Notes: generated from the letters alone by a model not told the origin. 64,000 nt of DNA from Mytilus trossulus (GCF_036588685.1 NC_086378.1:33790001-33854000), one strand, 5' to 3'. Counted from the stretch's first letter, positions 14,246 through 34,057 are shown. Translations and numbers: made by a program.

Positions 14246-15426
14246 AAAGTGGATATATCGGATTACTCACTTAACAACGGCCCTTTTCAGGGCCACCAAT
14301 ATTTTTCAAAAAGAGTCTAAAATTGTTGTACATCTTAGTAATACTTTATTCCCCATACATAATTGAAAAAAATATATTCTACTACATAACAAATAAAAAA
14401 TGTCTAAAATATAAATGTCCCTTCTTCCGTGATTCTTCTTTTCTTCTCTCTCTAACGCATCCCATTTAAGTACAGTTCTTATAGCATAACACTAAGTCTA
14501 GTAACTTTTTCAGTCTTCTTCATCAGAACATTTATTGTCGTACTTTCTGACTCTTTGAACCCACAAGTAGCTCAGTTAAATCATATAATGTTTGTCGGGG
14601 GGAAAAAAAACCACTGATAGTATTTATATTTAATACTAGTCTGCTCTCTTCTTTCTCTCTCTTGGTTATTGATGCGAGCATGCTTAGATTCATCTGAGAA
14701 GGTGTGTGGTTTTTTTTTATTATTATAATTATTTATAGTTTTTGTTAACATTATCTCTTTCGTCAACACTTTTATATATGATATGTACTTTCCATTCTTT
14801 TCCTTTTTCCATTTTTTTCAGCATCTCTCTCTCTGTCTTTCTGTCTTTATTTAGTTATTGTTTGTGTATTAAAGATGTGGAATTGATGTAAGCACACCGA
14901 CAATCAGACAATGTGACAAATGTGCCCAGCCCAAATGAAAATCATACCACATCTTCTTTTTTTATATTAAATATACATAAATATGACATAATACAACAAT
15001 AAAGAAACTCAGCCGATCCGCACAATGTCATGTCGGGAATGTGTAATTCCATTTGTTTCTGTTTTTTTATTTTTATTTCGCTTTGTTTGTGTTATAACTG
15101 CATTTTATTTTTATTTTTTCCTGTTTTTATTTTTCGTTCCTTTCCTTAATGTTTCTGCATGTATTTTGACCTTTTTTCATTATTATTATTTTTCTTCTTC
15201 AGATTTATCATATTGAAACCGTGACACTAATTTACTATTGTTGAGCTATGAGGGATGATCAGAAACTGTAATTATGAATGAAAAAAGGGGGCATTTTTAC
15301 TGTCAGCTTGGGTTGAGCAGTTTTTCAGTAAAAAATGGATTGAAAACTGTCAAAGTCCCTTACAAATCAGTCCAATCAGATTTAAGATATGCGGACCAAT
15401 CAACGCCAGCTTTATGTAAGTGGTGA

Positions 15427-15942
<516 letters not shown>

Positions 15943-16499
15943 GAAGTGTGATTTTTTCACCAAAACATAACGGCCCTTTTCAGGGCCACCAATATTTTTC
16001 AAAAAGAATCTATAAATTGTTGTACATGAAAATTAGAAACATAGCCGAACCCCTCTTTTCCCCATCTCTCTCTCTCTCTTTTATTTCTTCTTGTTGAATC
16101 CATCTATATGCAAAGCAATACATAGACAAAAAATAAATTTTATGATATATATATACACACAAGTCTCATCACAAAAAAAAGGGGGGTGTTTGTTTATCAT
16201 GGTACATGTATGTCCTTGTGTGTAGAATATTAAATAGTACATTATATAAAAAAAGATCAACATATAAATGTTTCTATCTGTACTTCTGTTCTTTTCTTTT
16301 CTTCGCTTGTTTTGTCTTGTCTTCTTTTGATGTATTATTTACACCAGTAGTCTAGACCAAAGAAAGAGAACCACCAACTGGCCAAAATATAACCTTTTTT
16401 TTTAAGTTAGAGTTTAAATATCTTGTATAATTCATTAATTTGAATATTTCTTTTAGAAAAGCTGATATTACAGGGTACTTTTATCAAAAATTTAGAGCT

Positions 16500-16599
16500 N
16501 NNNNNNNNNNNNNNNNNNNNNNNNNNNNNNNNNNNNNNNNNNNNNNNNNNNNNNNNNNNNNNNNNNNNNNNNNNNNNNNNNNNNNNNNNNNNNNNNNNN
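16500..16599. other. Assembly gap (100 N)
   Basis: Run of exactly 100 N. Repeat phase jumps from the H3-H4 spacer into the H2B CDS. Confidence 0.99.
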
Positions 16600-16950
16600 G
16601 ACGGCTTTGGTACCTTCACTGACAGCGTGCTTGGCCAATTCTCCGGGTAAGAGAAGACGGACAGCGGTCTGGATCTCCCGGGATGTGATGGTAGATCTTT
16701 TGTTGTAGTGTGCCAATCGGGAAGCCTCTGCTGCGATTCTCTCGAAGATATCGTTGACGAAGCTGTTCATGATGGACATTGCCTTTGAGGACACTCCGGT
16801 GTCGGGGTGAACTTGTCTCAAGACTTTGTAGATGTAGATAGCATAGGATTCACGTCTCTTCCTCCTCCTTTTCTTATCACCGCCGGGTCTGGCAGTCTTT
16901 GCCTTGGTGACGGCCTTCTTGGCTCCTTTAGTTCCTACTTTGGGTGGCAT
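16600..16950 (-). CDS. H2B: Histone H2B, 3' end cut by assembly gap
   Basis: Identical up to ...EGTKAV, then runs into the N gap. Not a pseudogene. Confidence 0.95.
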
Positions 16951-17220
16951 GTTACTGGTTTGATAATCAAATAAGTAATGGTGAAAAATTATTTTCAATT
17001 TGTTTATATACTGGGCAAAACGGATTGAAAGATTTTATTAAACGCGAACCTCGGAGAGAGCACCCATAACATGTTGAATGTTCGGTAGCCTAACTGCTCG
17101 CAGAGAGCTTCGTTCTGATTGGTGTATAATAAAAACATCGTTCAATCCGTTTAGTGGGTATATAAGCTAAATTTTGAAGAAAAATTGTATCACTTTACTC
17201 AGTGTCGATCAACCAAATAG

Positions 17221-17604
<384 letters not shown>

Positions 17605-18785
17605 AAAGTGGATATATCGGATTACTCACTTAACAACGGCCCTTTTCAGGGCCACCAATATTTTTCAAAAAGAGTCTAAAATTGTTGTACATCTTAGTAA
17701 TACTTTATTCCCCATACATAATTGAAAAAAATATATTCTACTACATAACAAATAAAAAATGTCTAAAATATAAATGTCCCTTCTTCCGTGATTCTTCTTT
17801 TCTTCTCTCTCTAACGCATCCCATTTAAGTACAGTTCTTATAGCATAACACTAAGTCTAGTAACTTTTTCAGTCTTCTTCATCAGAACATTTATTGTCGT
17901 ACTTTCTGACTCTTTGAACCCACAAGTAGCTCAGTTAAATCATATAATGTTTGTCGGGGGGAAAAAAAACCACTGATAGTATTTATATTTAATACTAGTC
18001 TGCTCTCTTCTTTCTCTCTCTTGGTTATTGATGCGAGCATGCTTAGATTCATCTGAGAAGGTGTGTGGTTTTTTTTTATTATTATAATTATTTATAGTTT
18101 TTGTTAACATTATCTCTTTCGTCAACACTTTTATATATGATATGTACTTTCCATTCTTTTCCTTTTTCCATTTTTTTCAGCATCTCTCTCTCTGTCTTTC
18201 TGTCTTTATTTAGTTATTGTTTGTGTATTAAAGATGTGGAATTGATGTAAGCACACCGACAATCAGACAATGTGACAAATGTGCCCAGCCCAAATGAAAA
18301 TCATACCACATCTTCTTTTTTTATATTAAATATACATAAATATGACATAATACAACAATAAAGAAACTCAGCCGATCCGCACAATGTCATGTCGGGAATG
18401 TGTAATTCCATTTGTTTCTGTTTTTTTATTTTTATTTCGCTTTGTTTGTGTTATAACTGCATTTTATTTTTATTTTTTCCTGTTTTTATTTTTCGTTCCT
18501 TTCCTTAATGTTTCTGCATGTATTTTGACCTTTTTTCATTATTATTATTTTTCTTCTTCAGATTTATCATATTGAAACCGTGACACTAATTTACTATTGT
18601 TGAGCTATGAGGGATGATCAGAAACTGTAATTATGAATGAAAAAAGGGGGCATTTTTACTGTCAGCTTGGGTTGAGCAGTTTTTCAGTAAAAAATGGATT
18701 GAAAACTGTCAAAGTCCCTTACAAATCAGTCCAATCAGATTTAAGATATGCGGACCAATCAACGCCAGCTTTATGTAAGTGGTGA

Positions 18786-19301
<516 letters not shown>

Positions 19302-21017
19302 GAAGTGTGATTTTTTCACCAAAACATAACGGCCCTTTTCAGGGCCACCAATATTTTTCAAAAAGAATCTATAAATTGTTGTACATGAAAATTAGAAACA
19401 TAGCCGAACCCCTCTTTTCCCCATCTCTCTCTCTCTCTTTTATTTCTTCTTGTTGAATCCATCTATATGCAAAGCAATACATAGACAAAAAATAAATTTT
19501 ATGATATATATATACACACAAGTCTCATCACAAAAAAAAGGGGGGGTGTTTGTTTATCATGGTACATGTATGTCCTTGTGTGTAGAATATTAAATAGTAC
19601 ATTATATAAAAAAAGATCAACATATAAATGTTTCTATCTGTACTTCTGTTCTTTTCTTTTCTTCGCTTGTTTTGTCTTGTCTTCTTTTGATGTATTATTT
19701 ACACCAGTAGTCTAGACCAAAGAAAGAGAACCACCAACTGGCCAAAATATAACCTTTTTTTTTAAGTTAGAGTTTAAATATCTTGTATAATTCATTAATT
19801 TGAATATTTCTTTTAGAAAAGCTGATATTACAGGGTACTTTTATCAAAAATTTAGAGCTCTTTTTCAGTCAGAATTGTAAAGAATTTTTTTATCATGTAT
19901 GTAGTAATATATTTTGTCCACTTTAGAGTCTTGTCTTGCTGCTAGTTAACAAAATCATGAAATTTCTATTTAAATTATATAATTTCGGTACGGGTCCAAG
20001 TAGTCCCCACAAAATTTCAATGTAGGAAGTCCATGTAAGCATATATCTTGCACTTATAAGCTTTTTTATATGATAAAAAGTGGTTTTCAGACTTATTATA
20101 AACTTTTCTGGCTAAAAGAAGTCTTCAGAATAGTAAGTACATGTGTGCGCATTAACATTTTTATTGGATTGGCTGATGAAATTGTCATCGTCATACTGTG
20201 GATAAATATAGAATGGCGTTTAAAAATAAAATTGAAAGGAAGATGCACACATAAGAAGTTTTACCCGCAGTCAGGGGCATCTCTTTTCTTCACTGTAATA
20301 CCTAGAAAAAAAAATCTTTAATAGTAATAACAGTAACAGTTTTATTCATACATTCTCCCATTTATGATCTGAAGTACCTGCAGCAGATCGTTGATGGATG
20401 GCAAGCACAGCTTTGACAGATGATGTTGAGTTATGAAAGACAGGTAGAAAACTGCAAGCATGTAAAATCCTGTGATGTATCCAATTTCTGGATACATCAA
20501 ATAGACAAATAGATAACCAGTATTCCTAGATATGTCTGTGAGGTTTATTTTTTCCCCAACTAAATTCCATTCCATTAAGTTGAAATGTGTATTGTCATTG
20601 AATGAAAATGTCTGTTCAGAGAAAGCAAATAATTATCTTTATAATTTTGACTGTCTAAAGTGATTTTCATTTATCATTTATTTATCATACTATTCTATCT
20701 TAAAATGAAAACTTTTCAACATTTGGAACTTTTTTTGTCTCCTTCAGTCATTTTTATTCCGATTGAAATAATAGTTTTTTCTTAAAAATTTACTGTCTGA
20801 TATGAATTATTATATTTTTCAGACCTAGAATGAAAAAGTGGATTGAAAGTGTACACAGTTTAAGGCAGTACAGAGTTACCTCCCGGAATAAAACAACGTA
20901 AGCCAATCAGACAACAGTTAACTGAAAATGTGTGATACTTCTTTTACGGCCGCGTTGGTGATATATAAAGAGTCGCTGTTAGACGGAAAGTATTATTTAA
21001 CTAATCACCACAAATAG

Positions 21018-21335
<318 letters not shown>

Positions 21336-22187
21336 ACAGCCACCCAGCTAATATCAACAACGGCCCTTTTCAGGGCCACCAACATTTTTCAAAAAGAATC
21401 TTAGATTTGTTGTACATCGTTTTAAACAAAATCTTGAAATCAAAGCTTGCTCCCACTTCTATTCTTTTCTCTAATGTTCATGAATTTTTCAACCGTTTTT
21501 CTTGTTTTCCCTGATCCTGATCCGCAACTATTTTCTCTCTCTCGTTATACCCCCCCCCCCCCCCTTTTTTTTTTTAAATATCTGGCTTTCTTTTTAATTA
21601 ACTTCCTTACTCTTACTCTTGTATTTATTTGAGAATTTATATTTCTGAAGGTTTATGAATACGTTCAAAGATCAAGTCCGTGCATTTGCCTACATGAAGA
21701 GAGAAAATTTCAAAACAAAATGCACGGACTTTTACACACAAAATCTGTAGATTCTGTTATATTCAATTATAGAGGTTTTTTTTGCGTGGTTTAAGATTAG
21801 GTAATGTTCTTGTTTCCGTGTAAAATAATTCTCGCAATATTTTTTTTCTCTCGAAAAGCAAAAGAAATCGTAAATTTATCAACTCTATTAATTGGAATGA
21901 AAGCACTGTTTTGTTCTTCATGATTTATGTATTTACGCTTTGTAGTTTTGACAGACAAATTAAATGCTACAGAATGAGTGAAATACACGTATATTTGTTA
22001 TACAGATAGAAAGAAGAGAAAAGTAACCATATACTATTGAAATAGTTTGAAAGTGGTTATAGCTGGGGTTGGGATTTATAGCTTTGTTTAGAAGTTTGAC
22101 ATTGATGTACAACAAATGTAAATTCTTTTTGAAAAATGTTGGTGGCCCTGAAAAGGGCCGTTTGTGAAGTTATAAACTTCAGACTGT

Positions 22188-22562
22188 TTACTTGCTGCTG
22201 GTGTATTTAGTGACGGCTTTGGTACCTTCACTGACAGCGTGCTTGGCCAATTCTCCGGGTAAGAGAAGACGGACAGCGGTCTGGATCTCCCGGGATGTGA
22301 TGGTAGATCTTTTGTTGTAGTGTGCCAATCGGGAAGCCTCTGCTGCGATTCTCTCGAAGATATCGTTGACGAAGCTGTTCATGATGGACATTGCCTTTGA
22401 GGACACTCCGGTGTCGGGGTGAACTTGTCTCAAGACTTTGTAGATGTAGATAGCATAGGATTCACGTCTCTTCCTCCTCCTTTTCTTATCACCGCCGGGT
22501 CTGGCAGTCTTTGCCTTGGTGACGGCCTTCTTGGCTCCTTTAGTTCCTACTTTGGGTGGCAT
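22188..22562 (-). CDS. H2B: Histone H2B
   Basis: Identical protein; start set at first ATG. Confidence 0.98.
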   Translation of the reverse strand: MPPKVGTKGAKKAVTKAKTARPGGDKKRRRKRRESYAIYIYKVLRQVHPDTGVSSKAMSIMNSFVNDIFERIAAEASRLAHYNKRSTITSREIQTAVRLLLPGELAKHAVSEGTKAVTKYTSSK

Positions 22563-22832
22563 GTTACTGGTTTGATAATCAAATAAGTAATGGTGAAAAA
22601 TTATTTTCAATTTGTTTATATACTGGGCAAAACGGATTGAAAGATTTTATTAAACGCGAACCTCGGAGAGAGCACCCATAACATGTTGAATGTTCGGTAG
22701 CCTAACTGCTCGCAGAGAGCTTCGTTCTGATTGGTGTATAATAAAAACATCGTTCAATCCGTTTAGTGGGTATATAAGCTAAATTTTGAAGAAAAATTGT
22801 ATCACTTTACTCAGTGTCGATCAACCAAATAG

Positions 22833-23216
<384 letters not shown>

Positions 23217-24397
23217 AAAGTGGATATATCGGATTACTCACTTAACAACGGCCCTTTTCAGGGCCACCAATATTTTTCAAAAAGAGTCTAAAATTGTTGT
23301 ACATCTTAGTAATACTTTATTCCCCATACATAATTGAAAAAAATATATTCTACTACATAACAAATAAAAAATGTCTAAAATATAAATGTCCCTTCTTCCG
23401 TGATTCTTCTTTTCTTCTCTCTCTAACGCATCCCATTTAAGTACAGTTCTTATAGCATAACACTAAGTCTAGTAACTTTTTCAGTCTTCTTCATCAGAAC
23501 ATTTATTGTCGTACTTTCTGACTCTTTGAACCCACAAGTAGCTCAGTTAAATCATATAATGTTTGTCGGGGGGAAAAAAAACCACTGATAGTATTTATAT
23601 TTAATACTAGTCTGCTCTCTTCTTTCTCTCTCTTGGTTATTGATGCGAGCATGCTTAGATTCATCTGAGAAGGTGTGTGGTTTTTTTTTATTATTATAAT
23701 TATTTATAGTTTTTGTTAACATTATCTCTTTCGTCAACACTTTTATATATGATATGTACTTTCCATTCTTTTCCTTTTTCCATTTTTTTCAGCATCTCTC
23801 TCTCTGTCTTTCTGTCTTTATTTAGTTATTGTTTGTGTATTAAAGATGTGGAATTGATGTAAGCACACCGACAATCAGACAATGTGACAAATGTGCCCAG
23901 CCCAAATGAAAATCATACCACATCTTCTTTTTTTATATTAAATATACATAAATATGACATAATACAACAATAAAGAAACTCAGCCGATCCGCACAATGTC
24001 ATGTCGGGAATGTGTAATTCCATTTGTTTCTGTTTTTTTATTTTTATTTCGCTTTGTTTGTGTTATAACTGCATTTTATTTTTATTTTTTCCTGTTTTTA
24101 TTTTTCGTTCCTTTCCTTAATGTTTCTGCATGTATTTTGACCTTTTTTCATTATTATTATTTTTCTTCTTCAGATTTATCATATTGAAACCGTGACACTA
24201 ATTTACTATTGTTGAGCTATGAGGGATGATCAGAAACTGTAATTATGAATGAAAAAAGGGGGCATTTTTACTGTCAGCTTGGGTTGAGCAGTTTTTCAGT
24301 AAAAAATGGATTGAAAACTGTCAAAGTCCCTTACAAATCAGTCCAATCAGATTTAAGATATGCGGACCAATCAACGCCAGCTTTATGTAAGTGGTGA

Positions 24398-24913
<516 letters not shown>

Positions 24914-26630
24914 GAAGTGTGATTTTTTCACCAAAACATAACGGCCCTTTTCAGGGCCACCAATATTTTTCAAAAAGAATCTATAAATTGTTGTACATGA
25001 AAATTAGAAACATAGCCGAACCCCTCTTTTCCCCATCTCTCTCTCTCTCTTTTATTTCTTCTTGTTGAATCCATCTATATGCAAAGCAATACATAGACAA
25101 AAAATAAATTTTATGATATATATATACACACAAGTCTCATCACAAAAAAAAGGGGGGTGTTTGTTTATCATGGTACATGTATGTCCTTGTGTGTAGAATA
25201 TTAAATAGTACATTATATAAAAAAAGATCAACATATAAATGTTTCTATCTGTACTTCTGTTCTTTTCTTTTCTTCGCTTGTTTTGTCTTGTCTTCTTTTG
25301 ATGTATTATTTACACCAGTAGTCTAGACCAAAGAAAGAGAACCACCAACTGGCCAAAATATAACCTTTTTTTTTAAGTTAGAGTTTAAATATCTTGTATA
25401 ATTCATTAATTTGAATATTTCTTTTAGAAAAGCTGATATTACAGGGTACTTTTATCAAAAATTTAGAGCTCTTTTTCAGTCAGAATTGTAAAGAATTTTT
25501 TTATCATGTATGTAGTAATATATTTTGTCCACTTTAGAGTCTTGTCTTGCTGCTAGTTAACAAAATCATGAAATTTCTATTTAAATTAATATAATTTCGG
25601 TACGGGTCCAAGTAGTCCCCACAAAATTTCAATGTAGGAAGTCCATGTAAGCATATATCTTGCACTTATAAGCTTTTTTATATGATAAAAAGTGGTTTTC
25701 AGACTTATTATAAACTTTTCTGGCTAAAAGAAGTCTTCAGAATAGTAAGTACATGTGTGCGCATTAACATTTTTATTGGATTGGCTGATGAAATTGTCAT
25801 CGTCATACTGTGGATAAATATAGAATGGCGTTTAAAAATAAAATTGAAAGGAAGATGCACACATAAGAAGTTTTACCCGCAGTCAGGGGCATCTCTTTTC
25901 TTCACTGTAATACCTAGAAAAAAAAATCTTTAATAGTAATAACAGTAACAGTTTTATTCATACATTCTCCCATTTATGATCTGAAGTACCTGCAGCAGAT
26001 CGTTGATGGATGGCAAGCACAGCTTTGACAGATGATGTTGAGTTATGAAAGACAGGTAGAAAACTGCAAGCATGTAAAATCCTGTGATGTATCCAATTTC
26101 TGGATACATCAAATAGACAAATAGATAACCAGTATTCCTAGATATGTCTGTGAGGTTTATTTTTTCCCCAACTAAATTCCATTCCATTAAGTTGAAATGT
26201 GTATTGTCATTGAATGAAAATGTCTGTTCAGAGAAAGCAAATAATTATCTTTATAATTTTGACTGTCTAAAGTGATTTTCATTTATCATTTATTTATCAT
26301 ACTATTCTATCTTAAAATGAAAACTTTTCAACATTTTGGAACTTTTTTTGTCTCCTTCAGTCATTTTTATTCCGATTGAAATAATAGTTTTTTCTTAAAA
26401 ATTTACTGTCTGATATGAATTATTATATTTTTCAGACCTAGAATGAAAAAGTGGATTGAAAGTGTACACAGTTTAAGGCAGTACAGAGTTACCTCCCGGA
26501 ATAAAACAACGTAAGCCAATCAGACAACAGTTAACTGAAAATGTGTGATACTTCTTTTACGGCCGCGTTGGTGATATATAAAGAGTCGCTGTTAGACGGA
26601 AAGTATTATTTAACTAATCACCACAAATAG

Positions 26631-26948
<318 letters not shown>

Positions 26949-27800
26949 ACAGCCACCCAGCTAATATCAACAACGGCCCTTTTCAGGGCCACCAACATTT
27001 TTCAAAAAGAATCTTAGATTTGTTGTACATCGTTTTAAACAAAATCTTGAAATCAAAGCTTGCTCCCACTTCTATTCTTTTCTCTAATGTTCATGAATTT
27101 TTCAACCGTTTTTCTTGTTTTCCCTGATCCTGATCCGCAACTATTTTCTCTCTCTCGTTATACCCCCCCCCCCCCCCTTTTTTTTTTTAAATATCTGGCT
27201 TTCTTTTTAATTAACTTCCTTACTCTTACTCTTGTATTTATTTGAGAATTTATATTTCTGAAGGTTTATGAATACGTTCAAAGATCAAGTCCGTGCATTT
27301 GCCTACATGAAGAGAGAAAATTTCAAAACAAAATGCACGGACTTTTACACACAAAATCTGTAGATTCTGTTATATTCAATTATAGAGGTTTTTTTTGCGT
27401 GGTTTAAGATTAGGTAATGTTCTTGTTTCCGTGTAAAATAATTCTCGCAATATTTTTTTTCTCTCGAAAAGCAAAAGAAATCGTAAATTTATCAACTCTA
27501 TTAATTGGAATGAAAGCACTGTTTTGTTCTTCATGATTTATGTATTTACGCTTTGTAGTTTTGACAGACAAATTAAATGCTACAGAATGAGTGAAATACA
27601 CGTATATTTGTTATACAGATAGAAAGAAGAGAAAAGTAACCATATACTATTGAAATAGTTTGAAAGTGGTTATAGCTGGGGTTGGGATTTATAGCTTTGT
27701 TTAGAAGTTTGACATTGATGTACAACAAATGTAAATTCTTTTTGAAAAATGTTGGTGGCCCTGAAAAGGGCCGTTTGTGAAGTTATAAACTTCAGACTGT

Positions 27801-28175
27801 TTACTTGCTGCTGGTGTATTTAGTGACGGCTTTGGTACCTTCACTGACAGCGTGCTTGGCCAATTCTCCGGGTAAGAGAAGACGGACAGCGGTCTGGATC
27901 TCCCGGGATGTGATGGTAGATCTTTTGTTGTAGTGTGCCAATCGGGAAGCCTCTGCTGCGATTCTCTCGAAGATATCGTTGACGAAGCTGTTCATGATGG
28001 ACATTGCCTTTGAGGACACTCCGGTGTCGGGGTGAACTTGTCTCAAGACTTTGTAGATGTAGATAGCATAGGATTCACGTCTCTTCCTCCTCCTTTTCTT
28101 ATCACCGCCGGGTCTGGCAGTCTTTGCCTTGGTGACGGCCTTCTTGGCTCCTTTAGTTCCTACTTTGGGTGGCAT
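27801..28175 (-). CDS. H2B: Histone H2B
   Basis: Identical protein; start set at first ATG. Confidence 0.98.
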   Translation of the reverse strand: MPPKVGTKGAKKAVTKAKTARPGGDKKRRRKRRESYAIYIYKVLRQVHPDTGVSSKAMSIMNSFVNDIFERIAAEASRLAHYNKRSTITSREIQTAVRLLLPGELAKHAVSEGTKAVTKYTSSK

Positions 28176-28445
28176 GTTACTGGTTTGATAATCAAATAAG
28201 TAATGGTGAAAAATTATTTTCAATTTGTTTATATACTGGGCAAAACGGATTGAAAGATTTTATTAAACGCGAACCTCGGAGAGAGCACCCATAACATGTT
28301 GAATGTTCGGTAGCCTAACTGCTCGCAGAGAGCTTCGTTCTGATTGGTGTATAATAAAAACATCGTTCAATCCGTTTAGTGGGTATATAAGCTAAATTTT
28401 GAAGAAAAATTGTATCACTTTACTCAGTGTCGATCAACCAAATAG

Positions 28446-28829
<384 letters not shown>

Positions 28830-30008
28830 AAAGTGGATATATCGGATTACTCACTTAACAACGGCCCTTTTCAGGGCCACCAATATTTTTCAAAAAGAGT
28901 CTAAAATTGTTGTACATCTTAGTAATACTTTATTCCCCATACATAATTGAAAAAAATATATTCTACTACATAACAAATAAAAAATGTCTAAAATATAAAT
29001 GTCCCTTCTTCCGTGATTCTTCTTTTCTTCTCTCTCTAACGCATCCCATTTAAGTACAGTTCTTATAGCATAACACTAAGTCTAGTAACTTTTTCAGTCT
29101 TCTTCATCAGAACATTTATTGTCGTACTTTCTGACTCTTTGAACCCACAAGTAGCTCAGTTAAATCATATAATGTTTGTCGGGGGGAAAAAAAACCACTG
29201 ATAGTATTTATATTTAATACTAGTCTGCTCTCTTCTTTCTCTCTCTTGGTTATTGATGCGAGCATGCTTAGATTCATCTGAGAAGGTGTGTGGTTTTTTT
29301 TTATTATTATAATTATTTATAGTTTTTGTTAACATTATCTCTTTCGTCAACACTTTTATATATGATATGTACTTTCCATTCTTTTCCTTTTTCCATTTTT
29401 TTCAGCATCTCTCTCTGTCTTTCTGTCTTTATTTAGTTATTGTTTGTGTATTAAAGATGTGGAATTGATGTAAGCACACCGACAATCAGACAATGTGACA
29501 AATGTGCCCAGCCCAAATGAAAATCATACCACATCTTCTTTTTTTATATTAAATATACATAAATATGACATAATACAACAATAAAGAAACTCAGCCGATC
29601 CGCACAATGTCATGTCGGGAATGTGTAATTCCATTTGTTTCTGTTTTTTTATTTTTATTTCGCTTTGTTTGTGTTATAACTGCATTTTATTTTTATTTTT
29701 TCCTGTTTTTATTTTTCGTTCCTTTCCTTAATGTTTCTGCATGTATTTTGACCTTTTTTCATTATTATTATTTTTCTTCTTCAGATTTATCATATTGAAA
29801 CCGTGACACTAATTTACTATTGTTGAGCTATGAGGGATGATCAGAAACTGTAATTATGAATGAAAAAAGGGGGCATTTTTACTGTCAGCTTGGGTTGAGC
29901 AGTTTTTCAGTAAAAAATGGATTGAAAACTGTCAAAGTCCCTTACAAATCAGTCCAATCAGATTTAAGATATGCGGACCAATCAACGCCAGCTTTATGTA
30001 AGTGGTGA

Positions 30009-30524
<516 letters not shown>

Positions 30525-32241
30525 GAAGTGTGATTTTTTCACCAAAACATAACGGCCCTTTTCAGGGCCACCAATATTTTTCAAAAAGAATCTATAAATT
30601 GTTGTACATGAAAATTAGAAACATAGCCGAACCCCTCTTTTCCCCATCTCTCTCTCTCTCTTTTATTTCTTCTTGTTGAATCCATCTATATGCAAAGCAA
30701 TACATAGACAAAAAATAAATTTTATGATATATATATACACACAAGTCTCATCACAAAAAAAAGGGGGGTGTTTGTTTATCATGGTACATGTATGTCCTTG
30801 TGTGTAGAATATTAAATAGTACATTATATAAAAAAAGATCAACATATAAATGTTTCTATCTGTACTTCTGTTCTTTTCTTTTCTTCGCTTGTTTTGTCTT
30901 GTCTTCTTTTGATGTATTATTTACACCAGTAGTCTAGACCAAAGAAAGAGAACCACCAACTGGCCAAAATATAACCTTTTTTTTTAAGTTAGAGTTTAAA
31001 TATCTTGTATAATTCATTAATTTGAATATTTCTTTTAGAAAAGCTGATATTACAGGGTACTTTTATCAAAAATTTAGAGCTCTTTTTCAGTCAGAATTGT
31101 AAAGAATTTTTTTATCATGTATGTAGTAATATATTTTGTCCACTTTAGAGTCTTGTCTTGCTGCTAGTTAACAAAATCATGAAATTTCTATTTAAATTAA
31201 TATAATTTCGGTACGGGTCCAAGTAGTCCCCACAAAATTTCAATGTAGGAAGTCCATGTAAGCATATATCTTGCACTTATAAGCTTTTTTATATGATAAA
31301 AAGTGGTTTTCAGACTTATTATAAACTTTTCTGGCTAAAAGAAGTCTTCAGAATAGTAAGTACATGTGTGCGCATTAACATTTTTATTGGATTGGCTGAT
31401 GAAATTGTCATCGTCATACTGTGGATAAATATAGAATGGCGTTTAAAAATAAAATTGAAAGGAAGATGCACACATAAGAAGTTTTACCCGCAGTCAGGGG
31501 CATCTCTTTTCTTCACTGTAATACCTAGAAAAAAAAATCTTTAATAGTAATAACAGTAACAGTTTTATTCATACATTCTCCCATTTATGATCTGAAGTAC
31601 CTGCAGCAGATCGTTGATGGATGGCAAGCACAGCTTTGACAGATGATGTTGAGTTATGAAAGACAGGTAGAAAACTGCAAGCATGTAAAATCCTGTGATG
31701 TATCCAATTTCTGGATACATCAAATAGACAAATAGATAACCAGTATTCCTAGATATGTCTGTGAGGTTTATTTTTTCCCCAACTAAATTCCATTCCATTA
31801 AGTTGAAATGTGTATTGTCATTGAATGAAAATGTCTGTTCAGAGAAAGCAAATAATTATCTTTATAATTTTGACTGTCTAAAGTGATTTTCATTTATCAT
31901 TTATTTATCATACTATTCTATCTTAAAATGAAAACTTTTCAACATTTTGGAACTTTTTTTGTCTCCTTCAGTCATTTTTATTCCGATTGAAATAATAGTT
32001 TTTTCTTAAAAATTTACTGTCTGATATGAATTATTATATTTTTCAGACCTAGAATGAAAAAGTGGATTGAAAGTGTACACAGTTTAAGGCAGTACAGAGT
32101 TACCTCCCGGAATAAAACAACGTAAGCCAATCAGACAACAGTTAACTGAAAATGTGTGATACTTCTTTTACGGCCGCGTTGGTGATATATAAAGAGTCGC
32201 TGTTAGACGGAAAGTATTATTTAACTAATCACCACAAATAG

Positions 32242-32559
<318 letters not shown>

Positions 32560-33412
32560 ACAGCCACCCAGCTAATATCAACAACGGCCCTTTTCAGGGC
32601 CACCAACATTTTTCAAAAAGAATCTTAGATTTGTTGTACATCGTTTTAAACAAAATCTTGAAATCAAAGCTTGCTCCCACTTCTATTCTTTTCTCTAATG
32701 TTCATGAATTTTTCAACCGTTTTTCTTGTTTTCCCTGATCCTGATCCGCAACTATTTTCTCTCTCTCGTTATACCCCCCCCCCCCCCCCTTTTTTTTTTT
32801 AAATATCTGGCTTTCTTTTTAATTAACTTCCTTACTCTTACTCTTGTATTTATTTGAGAATTTATATTTCTGAAGGTTTATGAATACGTTCAAAGATCAA
32901 GTCCGTGCATTTGCCTACATGAAGAGAGAAAATTTCAAAACAAAATGCACGGACTTTTACACACAAAATCTGTAGATTCTGTTATATTCAATTATAGAGG
33001 TTTTTTTTGCGTGGTTTAAGATTAGGTAATGTTCTTGTTTCCGTGTAAAATAATTCTCGCAATATTTTTTTTCTCTCGAAAAGCAAAAGAAATCGTAAAT
33101 TTATCAACTCTATTAATTGGAATGAAAGCACTGTTTTGTTCTTCATGATTTATGTATTTACGCTTTGTAGTTTTGACAGACAAATTAAATGCTACAGAAT
33201 GAGTGAAATACACGTATATTTGTTATACAGATAGAAAGAAGAGAAAAGTAACCATATACTATTGAAATAGTTTGAAAGTGGTTATAGCTGGGGTTGGGAT
33301 TTATAGCTTTGTTTAGAAGTTTGACATTGATGTACAACAAATGTAAATTCTTTTTGAAAAATGTTGGTGGCCCTGAAAAGGGCCGTTTGTGAAGTTATAA
33401 ACTTCAGACTGT

Positions 33413-33787
33413 TTACTTGCTGCTGGTGTATTTAGTGACGGCTTTGGTACCTTCACTGACAGCGTGCTTGGCCAATTCTCCGGGTAAGAGAAGACGGACA
33501 GCGGTCTGGATCTCCCGGGATGTGATGGTAGATCTTTTGTTGTAGTGTGCCAATCGGGAAGCCTCTGCTGCGATTCTCTCGAAGATATCGTTGACGAAGC
33601 TGTTCATGATGGACATTGCCTTTGAGGACACTCCGGTGTCGGGGTGAACTTGTCTCAAGACTTTGTAGATGTAGATAGCATAGGATTCACGTCTCTTCCT
33701 CCTCCTTTTCTTATCACCGCCGGGTCTGGCAGTCTTTGCCTTGGTGACGGCCTTCTTGGCTCCTTTAGTTCCTACTTTGGGTGGCAT
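33413..33787 (-). CDS. H2B: Histone H2B
   Basis: Identical protein; start set at first ATG. Confidence 0.98.
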   Translation of the reverse strand: MPPKVGTKGAKKAVTKAKTARPGGDKKRRRKRRESYAIYIYKVLRQVHPDTGVSSKAMSIMNSFVNDIFERIAAEASRLAHYNKRSTITSREIQTAVRLLLPGELAKHAVSEGTKAVTKYTSSK

Positions 33788-34057
33788 GTTACTGGTTTGA
33801 TAATCAAATAAGTAATGGTGAAAAATTATTTTCAATTTGTTTATATACTGGGCAAAACGGATTGAAAGATTTTATTAAACGCGAACCTCGGAGAGAGCAC
33901 CCATAACATGTTGAATGTTCGGTAGCCTAACTGCTCGCAGAGAGCTTCGTTCTGATTGGTGTATAATAAAAACATCGTTCAATCCGTTTAGTGGGTATAT
34001 AAGCTAAATTTTGAAGAAAAATTGTATCACTTTACTCAGTGTCGATCAACCAAATAG

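Noticed and set aside
16407-16998. Apparent truncated H2B and unit lacking H4 (also the unit lacking H3 at 59344-59443), and X-containing ORFs
   Set aside because: All are caused by the 100-N assembly gaps, not by real deletions or pseudogenes.
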